Virus record (IMG/VR): IMGVR_UViG_3300020122_000238
Location: 211,301 to 275,300 of that record
Direction: 5' to 3' (one strand)
Length of the DNA: 64,000 nt
How positions within the stretch are numbered: the stretch's first letter is position 1; every line of letters begins with the position of its first letter. Positions 56,728 to 64,000 of this stretch are shown piece by piece. Made by a program: the position numbers and the translations under genes. Below the pieces are notes generated by a model, which saw only the letters and a program-made list of their open reading frames with translations, was not told the origin of the DNA and searched no databases.

Positions 56728-56880
56728 AGGGGCGGGAGAGGCACGAACGTTTCCCAGTTGGGGGTTACCATATGTCGGATAGGTCCTTGTCAAGGCGCTC
56801 CCAGGCTGTAGAACCACGCAGCTCTTGGTGTATAGTTTCTTTCGGTTGATCCCGAGCGTGTATTCCCCTGTAGGACCCCC

Positions 56881-57336
56881 ATGGCTCCCCCCGAAACCAG
56901 GAAATGGTGCGCCACTCGCGACCCCCACCCGAACGTGGCGGGCTGCCACGAGATGCACGGCTACTATACGGGAGATCAGTGCCCCGTGTGCTTCGAGGAT
57001 GCCTACGAAGCACAGCTCGCGGGCAACGATGACTACCGAAGGCGGCTCGCTCTGGACGGCTTCAGCTTCCGGCCGACCACCGACTACTGGTACCCCTGTT
57101 TCGATCGGGGCCTGGTTGGAATCTACATCACGGAACCCACCTCGAAAAGTCTCGCCGAACGATCCTCGAAATATGTGACCTATGTGGAAGGGGCCTGCAT
57201 GATCGTCGTCATGGGTGGGGACGACGACTCCTACACCCTCCAAGCGGCCTCCTACGAGGAGGCCGTCGCTATCGTCCGGGGGCTCCCGTTCATCATCTCG
57301 AAGGATGATCTCAAAGCCCGAGGCTTTCGGCCGTGA
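56881..57336 (+). CDS. hypothetical protein
   Basis: Class A motif with 16-nt spacer. Confidence 0.7.
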   Translation: MAPPETRKWCATRDPHPNVAGCHEMHGYYTGDQCPVCFEDAYEAQLAGNDDYRRRLALDGFSFRPTTDYWYPCFDRGLVGIYITEPTSKSLAERSSKYVTYVEGACMIVVMGGDDDSYTLQAASYEEAVAIVRGLPFIISKDDLKARGFRP

Positions 57337-57423
57337 TTCTGGACAGAGGGACCTTCGCAAAGAGATCGACGAGCCGGAGTTCCGCTCGGTCCCTGCCGGC
57401 TGAAGTCGGTGTAGAAACGCGGG

Positions 57424-57893
57424 ATGCCCCATCCCAAAGCTATTCATTCCGAAAACATCCTCGAATCCGCCTACTTCAACATCAGTGATGGAGGGTTGAA
57501 GATCAGCCTCATCGAGGACAACTGGACGCGGGAAGCTTTGATCTTCGCCGAGCGAAAGCCGGACTGATCGGCTTCGAGTACAAGCAGGTCGGCTCGGAGA
57601 CCAGGTACAACCGGAGCTGGATCTTCGAGGTGAAGATGTCCAACTCCGGGGAGACGACCACCTTCCGCTTCCCGATTGCCAGCCCTGTGGTCGTCTCCTG
57701 GACCATCGACGCGCTGAAGCGCGTCCTCGCCCGGATGCTGGTCCCTGAAATCAGGCCCACCGATGGTGTGGAGTTACCCTTCCGGGATCTGCGGTATGCG
57801 GATGTTTCCCGTATCGACGGACAAGACGCTCCCCCCCGCCCTCTTCCGGAAAAGGAAGCGTACACCCCCGGCTCCGAGGACATCAAGCAATAA
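57424..57893 (+). pseudogene. hypothetical gene with apparent -1 frameshift near 57543
   Basis: GGTGTA-N10-ATG 57424 ORF stops at 57567; the -1 frame is open 57489-57893. Confidence 0.55.
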
Positions 57894-57910
57894 ACCTCTC
57901 GGGTGCGGCC

Positions 57911-58834
57911 TTGGTTATGGATGATCTACGCCCGACGGGAACTGTCGAGGTCAAGTGCTCGCACTCTGGCTGCAATACCTATTGGTGGATCGATTGCCTC
58001 GATCCCAGGCTGCCTGACGGCCCATTCCTGTGTGGGTCAACCCACGAGGATGACCGCCAGAAACAAATCGACAGCCTTCAACCGCTCTTCGGGATTCGTT
58101 GGGGTCAACGGGTCTATCGTGGAGAACGCTCAGACGGTCTACCCAGCGTGGGTGGCTATGGGGGCGAACCCGCGGGTTCTGTGCTCTTCAACGACAAGTG
58201 GGGCGTCAAGAAGGGGAGCCTGGATTACGAAGACGTCACGAGCCTCGACAACCCCCTGACGATTCCCGAGCACATCAACTGGGATGACCTCGGCCCCTAT
58301 CTCAAGGACATGAATCAGGATCTTGAGACGTTCCCGCACATGGGAGGCAAGGTATACATCGGCCAAGCAGACGGCTCCCTCAAGGCCACGAATCTCGTCC
58401 TACATCAATGCACAAAGTGTGGGAGGGTCGCACATCTCAACGAAGCTCACCCTCGGGCTCTGACGGGGCCTGCCACTTGCGATGATGAGTATTCGTGGGA
58501 CGAGACGAGCCCGTGTCCGACCAAGGATGGCATTGCGCTGGCTCTCGATGACTTGTTGACGGCGTACCATGGCAAAGAGACCATCTGGACCATGTGGACG
58601 GGATGCGACACGAGCGCCCGGAATGCCGTCAACCACTACGATCAGGGTATCATCCTCATCAGAAAGCTCGTCGAGCCCTTCCCTGTCTTCGCGCTTCTCC
58701 GCTACTCCAGCCCCTACGAGATCCTCAGCCTCGTCAAGAGCCTGAAGTTCACCCGGCTTGTCGAGATCCCCATGCTTGCATCCACGCCCCCCGAGTTCTC
58801 CAGCCGGGCCTTGACGGCGCTCGACTTCGTTTGA
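57911..58834 (+). CDS. hypothetical protein with several CxxC motifs
   Basis: 307-aa ORF. Confidence 0.75.
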   Translation: MVMDDLRPTGTVEVKCSHSGCNTYWWIDCLDPRLPDGPFLCGSTHEDDRQKQIDSLQPLFGIRWGQRVYRGERSDGLPSVGGYGGEPAGSVLFNDKWGVKKGSLDYEDVTSLDNPLTIPEHINWDDLGPYLKDMNQDLETFPHMGGKVYIGQADGSLKATNLVLHQCTKCGRVAHLNEAHPRALTGPATCDDEYSWDETSPCPTKDGIALALDDLLTAYHGKETIWTMWTGCDTSARNAVNHYDQGIILIRKLVEPFPVFALLRYSSPYEILSLVKSLKFTRLVEIPMLASTPPEFSSRALTALDFV

Positions 58835-58868
58835 GCTTTTGGGGGTCCGTGGTGTAAGGTTGGGGGTC

Positions 58869-59156
58869 ATGTCTGAAACGACCCCCACGAGCTGCACACA
58901 CGACTGGAAGATCCAGCCGGACGCCTCCGACCGTAGGGTGACCCGCTACCAGTGCGCGACATGCCAGCGCTGGGGCTACCGGATGTGGACCGCGAAAGAG
59001 AACGGGCGAATACAGCTCTACACATCGCCGACCCCCGTCGCCTCCTGGTACAAGCTCCCCGAGTCGCCTCCTCGCCCCGCCAAGAAGAGGATCAACCCTG
59101 AGGAAGTCGTCGAGACTTTCGTGCCAGATTTCGAACGTTGGCGAAATCCGAGTTGA
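58869..59156 (+). CDS. hypothetical protein (CxH..CxxC)
   Basis: TTGAGC-N15-GTGTA upstream. Confidence 0.7.
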   Translation: MSETTPTSCTHDWKIQPDASDRRVTRYQCATCQRWGYRMWTAKENGRIQLYTSPTPVASWYKLPESPPRPAKKRINPEEVVETFVPDFERWRNPS

Positions 59157-59186
59157 TCCGCTTCGTCCTCGCCTTGTAGGATACTC

Positions 59187-59474
59187 ATGCCTTCCAAGAC
59201 AACCAAGACCGTCTCTGTTTTATCTGACGTCAAGATCAAAAGCAGAGGTCGGTTCGAGTACGTGTCCAAGCACGGGACCAGAACTAGCGCGCGCTTCGAT
59301 CTTTTTCTCATCCGTGAGGCGTGGGACCAGGACTGCGACTTCGAGGACCTCGCCGATGGTTATGGTGTGGGTAAGGGCACACAGGGCGACTGGAGCGCGA
59401 TCCGTGACTCGTCGCCCGCAGCCATCGACCGGATGTTGCAGAAGGCCATCAATTTTCTCTTTCCGAACGCGTAG
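59187..59474 (+). CDS. hypothetical protein
   Basis: Class A motif. Confidence 0.7.
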   Translation: MPSKTTKTVSVLSDVKIKSRGRFEYVSKHGTRTSARFDLFLIREAWDQDCDFEDLADGYGVGKGTQGDWSAIRDSSPAAIDRMLQKAINFLFPNA

Positions 59475-59508
59475 TTGATCGGCTGTGTCTTATGGCTGTA
59501 GGAGGTTC

Positions 59509-59808
59509 ATGAAAGAACCCCTCAGCAACATCGGCCACGTCTGCGAAGCCCACGCCGCCAAGGGCGGACGGTTCAGCTCGCATGCCCCCGAAAGCTTCGT
59601 CGGCAAGTACATCAAGATGAACTTCGTCGGTAAGACCGACGAAGGCGTCTCCAGGAACGAGCACATGTGGGTGCTTGTTGCGAGCGTGGAGAACGGCCTC
59701 TTGAAGGGCACGCTCAACAACGACCCCGTCTACGATCACGGCGGCCTGGTGTATGGCTCGATCGTCCAGGGGATCACGCTCGCCCAGATCGAGGAAGTCT
59801 GTGATTGA
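59509..59808 (+). CDS. DUF2314-like protein
   Basis: EHMWVLV...LKGTLNNDP; class A motif. Confidence 0.6.
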   Translation: MKEPLSNIGHVCEAHAAKGGRFSSHAPESFVGKYIKMNFVGKTDEGVSRNEHMWVLVASVENGLLKGTLNNDPVYDHGGLVYGSIVQGITLAQIEEVCD

Positions 59809-60362
59809 GCATCAGTGGGTTCTGGTCGACTACCGGGAAATCTGGAGAAAGCAACTCGATCAGGCCCGAGTAATCGAACTAGCCCAAAGCGCACTACCAG
59901 ATCCACGTCTCCTGGCGCGATCTGGAGAATCAGATCAGCAAGGACTCGGGTCTACCGATCAACATGGAGCCCGACTATCAGCGCGACCACGTCTGGACGC
60001 CGGAGCAGAAAACGGCCTTCGTCGAGTACGCCCTCATGGGTGGTGAGTCCTCGATGGACATCACCACCAACTGTCCCGGATGGATGACCGGTTACGAAGG
60101 CCCCTACGAGCTGGTGGACGGCCTTCAGCGCGTGTCTGCGGCCCTTGGCTTCATGCGGAACGAAGTCCCGGCGTTCGGGAAGCTTTACTCGGAGTTCGAT
60201 GGCAAGCTCAGCTACGCCTCGGGGCCATCGTTCAACTGGCGCGTGATGAACCTTGCGACCCGCGCCGAAGTTCTCAAGCTGTACCTCCTCATCAATGCGG
60301 GCGGGGTGGTCCACTCGGCGGAAGAGATCGCCCGCGTCAAAAAGATCCTGGAGACGGCCTAG
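59801..60362 (+). pseudogene. DUF262 (ParB-like) protein, apparent +1 frameshift at ~59882
   Basis: PDYQRDHVWT..Q, ELVDGLQR, INAGGVVH. The in-frame region upstream of ATG 59964 (HYQIHVSWRDLE) has no start and joins the GTG 59801 frame at cta-g-ccc. Confidence 0.7.
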
Positions 60363-60403
60363 TTGGTTGATCCGTGAAGCGCTTGACCTGTATGAAGGGG
60401 ACT

Positions 60404-60652
60404 ATGTATATCGCAATCGAAGCTGGTTGGCTGGTCATCGAGTTCGGCGAATCCTCGATGGGGACGTTCGCTCTCGACGACGTGGAAGGAGCGGCAACGT
60501 TCCTGGCTGCACACAAGGACCGCAACGACGGGGGCGCACTCTACTCGTCGTCGTGTGATGCTCCCGAGCTGTTCGGGGCCTCCCAGGGATGGAAGTTCGA
60601 GCCCCACATGGATCGCGTGATCGCGCGGGCCATGGTCCTCATCGAGGGTTGA
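60404..60652 (+). CDS. hypothetical protein
   Basis: Class A motif at 60367-60392. Confidence 0.7.
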   Translation: MYIAIEAGWLVIEFGESSMGTFALDDVEGAATFLAAHKDRNDGGALYSSSCDAPELFGASQGWKFEPHMDRVIARAMVLIEG

Positions 60653-60747
60653 TCCGTATGCCCCTCAACATCGCCCCGCTGTGGAGGTTGAATTGACGGA
60701 AGAAGTATCGCGGTTGATCCGTACGACCCTCGCGCTGTAGTCCCATC

Positions 60748-61002
60748 ATGAATACCGCCTACCGAAACACCCTCCTCGCGGAATGCCTCGAAGGAGCCCG
60801 CAAGCACATCGCCGAGTTCAACGCAGGCGGAGGGCACATCTCCTTCTCGGGTCTACGCGGAGCTGTGTCCTCCTGGGGTGGCGGCCTGAACGAAGAAGAC
60901 CGTGCCGTCATCACCAACACGCTCGCCAGCGAACTCGTCACCTCTGGCTTTGATCTTCGCGTGAGCGTCATGAACCCCAAGGTCTGGACCCCCAAGAGCT
61001 GA
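60748..61002 (+). CDS. hypothetical protein
   Basis: Class A motif at 60714-60739. Confidence 0.7.
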   Translation: MNTAYRNTLLAECLEGARKHIAEFNAGGGHISFSGLRGAVSSWGGGLNEEDRAVITNTLASELVTSGFDLRVSVMNPKVWTPKS

Positions 61003-61005
61003 ACC

Positions 61006-61377
61006 ATGCTTCGAGGAACCGTGAAGCTTCGTACCTGGCACTTCGAGAACGCCGTCGTTGCGGCCATTCTGCTCTGTGTGTGGGTCGTGACCGGCATGAA
61101 GCCCATCGAGCTGTTCGGCTCTGTGGCCGTCTTCTGCGGCCACGTCTGCACGTCGATGGGCGACCGGATGACCGAGAAGGACGCCGCTCGGGAGAAGCCC
61201 TCGGTCCCCTGCGCCCGGCACTTCTGGTACTTCTTCGTGGTGAAGGAGCTGTGCTGGCTCACGTACTTCGCTCTGAAGGGCGCCTGGAGTGCTCTCGCTG
61301 GAGTGGGGATCGCGCTGGGGTACATCGCCTGGAGGAAGTTCTGGCGGCGCTACCACCCCATGAGCATGGAGTCCTGA
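61006..61377 (+). CDS. membrane protein
   Basis: Four hydrophobic segments. Confidence 0.7.
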   Translation: MLRGTVKLRTWHFENAVVAAILLCVWVVTGMKPIELFGSVAVFCGHVCTSMGDRMTEKDAAREKPSVPCARHFWYFFVVKELCWLTYFALKGAWSALAGVGIALGYIAWRKFWRRYHPMSMES

Positions 61378-61381
61378 AACT

Positions 61382-61588
61382 ATGAAACAAAGCGAAGTCA
61401 CTCAACAACAATTTGCTGAATGGTCGTTCGAACGAGACCAAAGCATCGGGATCTACCCCGGGCGCACCTCTTTGGCCGACCTTCCCGAGGACGAGCAGAA
61501 TCAGTACCAAGAGGAAGCTGCCTACTACCTCAACGAGCACCCGAAAGATGATTGGCCAAAGGACATCATGGTGAGGTTGGAGCCCTGA
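61382..61588 (+). CDS. hypothetical acidic protein
   Basis: 68-aa ORF. Confidence 0.6.
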   Translation: MKQSEVTQQQFAEWSFERDQSIGIYPGRTSLADLPEDEQNQYQEEAAYYLNEHPKDDWPKDIMVRLEP

Positions 61589-61611
61589 TTCACCTGTGGC
61601 AGGTCTTGTGT

Positions 61612-61872
61612 ATGAAAGTCCAAGACCTTCTCAACCTGCTCTCGGGTGTGGACCCCTCCCTGGACATCTGCATCAGCACAGGTCCTGGGGGAGGGGACAC
61701 GTACACCATTGCCTACTTCTCAGCAGTCAAGATTCAGACACCCGTCAAGGACGTCCAAGCCGATGCCACTTGGCGTAGGGTCGACTGCTTCATCCTCGCG
61801 GCGACCCAAGGCGAGCTGCTCCCGGTCTACGTACCCGCACCTCTAATACAATCGAACCCCTGCGACTGTTGA
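61612..61872 (+). CDS. hypothetical protein
   Basis: ORF from MKVQDLL. Confidence 0.6.
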   Translation: MKVQDLLNLLSGVDPSLDICISTGPGGGDTYTIAYFSAVKIQTPVKDVQADATWRRVDCFILAATQGELLPVYVPAPLIQSNPCDC

Positions 61873-61873
61873 C

Positions 61874-62239
61874 ATGCTGATCCAGAGCGAAGGCACCATC
61901 GAAATCAGCATTTCGCTCGACGGGATGTTCCGCTTGGTGTTGCTTGTTGACCCCGAGATCACCGCCCTTGCGAGGGCTCTGGTGCCTCCCAGCGTTCGGC
62001 TCAACAAGCAGAAGTTCGCACCCCATATCACGGTCGTGCGAAGTACACAAGGGATCCTCTCCTTCCGATCCATGTCCCTGGCAGGGAAGACCGTCCCCTT
62101 CGAGTACGACCCCGAGGTGCATGTCGGAGAGGTCTACTACTGGCTCAATGTCTACTCCCCCCAGCTCCAAGAAATCCGAGTAAGGCTGGGGCTGAGTCCC
62201 TCGGACTGGTACACGAGGCCGTCATGTGGGGCGCTCTAA
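61874..62239 (+). CDS. possible half 2H-phosphoesterase-like protein
   Basis: Single PHITVV motif. Confidence 0.45.
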   Translation: MLIQSEGTIEISISLDGMFRLVLLVDPEITALARALVPPSVRLNKQKFAPHITVVRSTQGILSFRSMSLAGKTVPFEYDPEVHVGEVYYWLNVYSPQLQEIRVRLGLSPSDWYTRPSCGAL

Positions 62240-62369
62240 GGGTTCAATACCCCCTTTGGACGTGCCCCTATCACGCTGGGAACCAGCCGCTGGATGCTCT
62301 CAGCGCCTTCCGTCATGGCTTCTGTACGCCCATGGAAAAGGGCCTTTGCCGCAAGATCCAGGATTGACC

Positions 62370-62714
62370 ATGCAAGACAAAGCCGCTCTCCTCGCCCGCG
62401 CTGCTCAAGTTCGCGAAATGCTCATCGAAGAGCTGGCTCATTTCGGAAGCACCTTGGTGGAATGCTCCAACCGAGAGTACGTCGTGGCGCACTACAAAAT
62501 CTTGAACCGAGAAATGGGCGTGCTGCACTTCGGGGCCACTCGCGATGATGCGGAGGCCGCTCTCTGCGAGCTGGGATGGACAACCCTGGTCCACAGGTAT
62601 CAAGGCAGCTATCGCACCTGGTACGTCTGCCCTGACGACGGAAAGCCCCTTCTCCTCAACGAGGCCATGGAGCGCATCCTGTTGGGATCGATCCACATCG
62701 ACATCCCGGTGTAA
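62370..62714 (+). CDS. hypothetical protein
   Basis: ORF from MQDKAALL; ends GGTGTAA. Confidence 0.7.
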   Translation: MQDKAALLARAAQVREMLIEELAHFGSTLVECSNREYVVAHYKILNREMGVLHFGATRDDAEAALCELGWTTLVHRYQGSYRTWYVCPDDGKPLLLNEAMERILLGSIHIDIPV

Positions 62715-62722
62715 GGGTTGAT

Positions 62723-63034
62723 ATGCCCACCGACCTCGTTCTTGCTCAGAAAATCCTCGATTTCGTGAATGCCGAGTGCGGCAACTCGTTCCTGACACTG
62801 AAGGACATTCAGAGCATCGCCAAAGACGAGCCTGTCTTAGCCGCGTGTAAGTACTGGCAGTTCTTGCGGCTGATCCTCGAAGAGGGCGCCGTCAACTTCG
62901 GCTTCCTCAACCAGCACATCTTCATGCGTCGCCAGTACAAAGCCCTTCTGGCGAAGATCGAGCGATGGGACGCCTGGGGAGATGAGAACCTCCCCGGCTA
63001 CGATGGTGCTCACACCTACTTCCTCGGTTTCTAA
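62723..63034 (+). CDS. hypothetical protein
   Basis: TCGATC-N15-GTGTA upstream. Confidence 0.7.
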   Translation: MPTDLVLAQKILDFVNAECGNSFLTLKDIQSIAKDEPVLAACKYWQFLRLILEEGAVNFGFLNQHIFMRRQYKALLAKIERWDAWGDENLPGYDGAHTYFLGF

Positions 63035-63036
63035 CC

Positions 63037-63327
63037 ATGAGCCCGTACCGCGCTTCCCCACCTCTCCCCACTCAAGACCCCAAGCCTTTCAAGAGAAGCT
63101 GGAGAGCCAGGCTTCGACGCTTTTTGCGCCACTTCGCGGGGGCCTACAAGGGGAGCTTCCTCGCTCGCTACCCGGTGCGCTGCCCCGAGTGTGGGAAGCG
63201 AAGCTGGGACCCCCACGAGGAGCGTAAGACCCCCTACAAGCACCAAATGCGATGGGCTCGGGTTGTGATGAACGCCTACCGCTGCGGGCACCGTGGGACC
63301 CTCTCGTGTACGGTCAACTTCAGCTAG
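63037..63327 (+). CDS. basic zinc-ribbon protein
   Basis: CPECG...CGH...C. Confidence 0.6.
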   Translation: MSPYRASPPLPTQDPKPFKRSWRARLRRFLRHFAGAYKGSFLARYPVRCPECGKRSWDPHEERKTPYKHQMRWARVVMNAYRCGHRGTLSCTVNFS

Positions 63328-63343
63328 CGGTGTAAAAAGGGCC

Positions 63344-63622
63344 ATGCCGAAAGAAATCGGAGTATATCGAGCATCCCCTATGAAGGCGCACGTCTGGGAC
63401 ACTGAGTACGTGGACGGCGGAGCCGTCGGGGATGGGTACTTTTACCGCTGTCAGGGCTGTGGAGCTTCAGGCGGCCCTGTGTGGGACGAATCCAAGCCCA
63501 AACCCACCAACTGGACGTTTCTCGCAGGAACGGGACTTCAGCTCGATCCTCATGATTGTGAGGCGGCAAGAGCACAGATCAAAAACTATCGGGCAGACGT
63601 TGAAAAGGAATGGGCTCGCTGA
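63344..63622 (+). CDS. hypothetical protein (CQGC)
   Basis: GGTGTA-N9-ATG. Confidence 0.65.
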   Translation: MPKEIGVYRASPMKAHVWDTEYVDGGAVGDGYFYRCQGCGASGGPVWDESKPKPTNWTFLAGTGLQLDPHDCEAARAQIKNYRADVEKEWAR

Positions 63623-63658
63623 TACGGCCCCCTCCGACGTTGAACCCCGATAGAGACG

Positions 63659-63719
63659 TCGAAGACGACCTATGAGTCAGGTGCCACGGAATGGCACCTG
63701 ACTCATAGGTCGTCTTCGA
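63659..63719. repeat. 28-bp perfect inverted repeat at convergent junction
   Basis: TCGAAGACGACCTATGAGTCAGGTGCCA-CGGAA-TGGCACCTGACTCATAGGTCGTCTTCGA. Confidence 0.95.
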
Positions 63720-64000
63720 GAAGAACCACCCAGCACGGTTTCCCCTCAGAAGTGCTTCTGAGGGGTTCCTTCCCGAGGATCTGCCGCACCTCTTCGAGAT
63801 AGCTTTTGATCGCTGGTTTATGATCCGTGAAGTGAGGGGTGTTGTAATGAGACCTGAAGGCGCCCACCGTCCATGCCAGGACGACATCCCCTCGATACGC
63901 TCCATTGAGCAACTGTCGAGGGTCTTTCCACGGCAGCCATTCTCCAGGGTGTAGTTGCACACCAGCTCGAAGTGCGTCGAACCACGCTTGAAGCGACGTG
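63703..64000 (-). CDS. 5'-partial hypothetical protein with C-terminal tag
   Basis: Frame open to window edge; ends KPCWVVLLEDDL. Confidence 0.7.
   Translation of the reverse strand, partial: TSLQAWFDALRAGVQLHPGEWLPWKDPRQLLNGAYRGDVVLAWTVGAFRSHYNTPHFTDHKPAIKSYLEEVRQILGKEPLRSTSEGKPCWVVLLEDDL

Noticed and set aside
1-64000. Stop-codon reassignment
   Set aside because: TAA, TAG and TGA all end well-supported genes, and the broken genes need frameshifts rather than readthrough.

Overview
This window looks like a ~64 kb accessory region of a large, GC-rich dsDNA bacteriophage. It holds about 120 short, tightly packed genes on both strands, with no tRNA, rRNA or CRISPR array and no recognisable capsid, terminase or polymerase gene. 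The host is probably a myxobacterium; this is inferred from Cys/Gly-rich lipoproteins plus TPM and DUF4419 genes. Recognisable genes: a divergent PurA-like ligase coupled to an atypical Ser/Thr kinase, cell-wall hydrolases, six mobile-type endonucleases, a 2H phosphoesterase, an N4BP2-like P-loop kinase, a CinA-NMNAT-like fusion, an ADP-ribosylglycohydrolase, a BI-1/YccA protein and DUF262. Main observations from reading the sequence: (1) about 15-20 unrelated proteins end in a shared peptide tag, P-T-A-W-x-x-L-L-x-D-D-D(-F/I/L), and about 6 others begin with an acid-first version, DDL-x-x-Y/D-W-x-x-L-(P-rich). (2) Two upstream motifs sit at a fixed distance from starts, TTGATC-N15-YTGTA-N8-ATG and GGTGTA-N9-12-ATG, implying mostly leaderless transcripts. 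(3) A DUF3307 gene has been invaded at both ends by endonuclease cassettes that supplied recoded AT-rich termini and left the original termini as relics. (4) Many perfect 17-28 bp inverted repeats lie at strand-switch points. (5) A hairpin-rich ~380 nt intergenic region is a candidate structured RNA. All family assignments come from motif recognition by eye, not from database searches.
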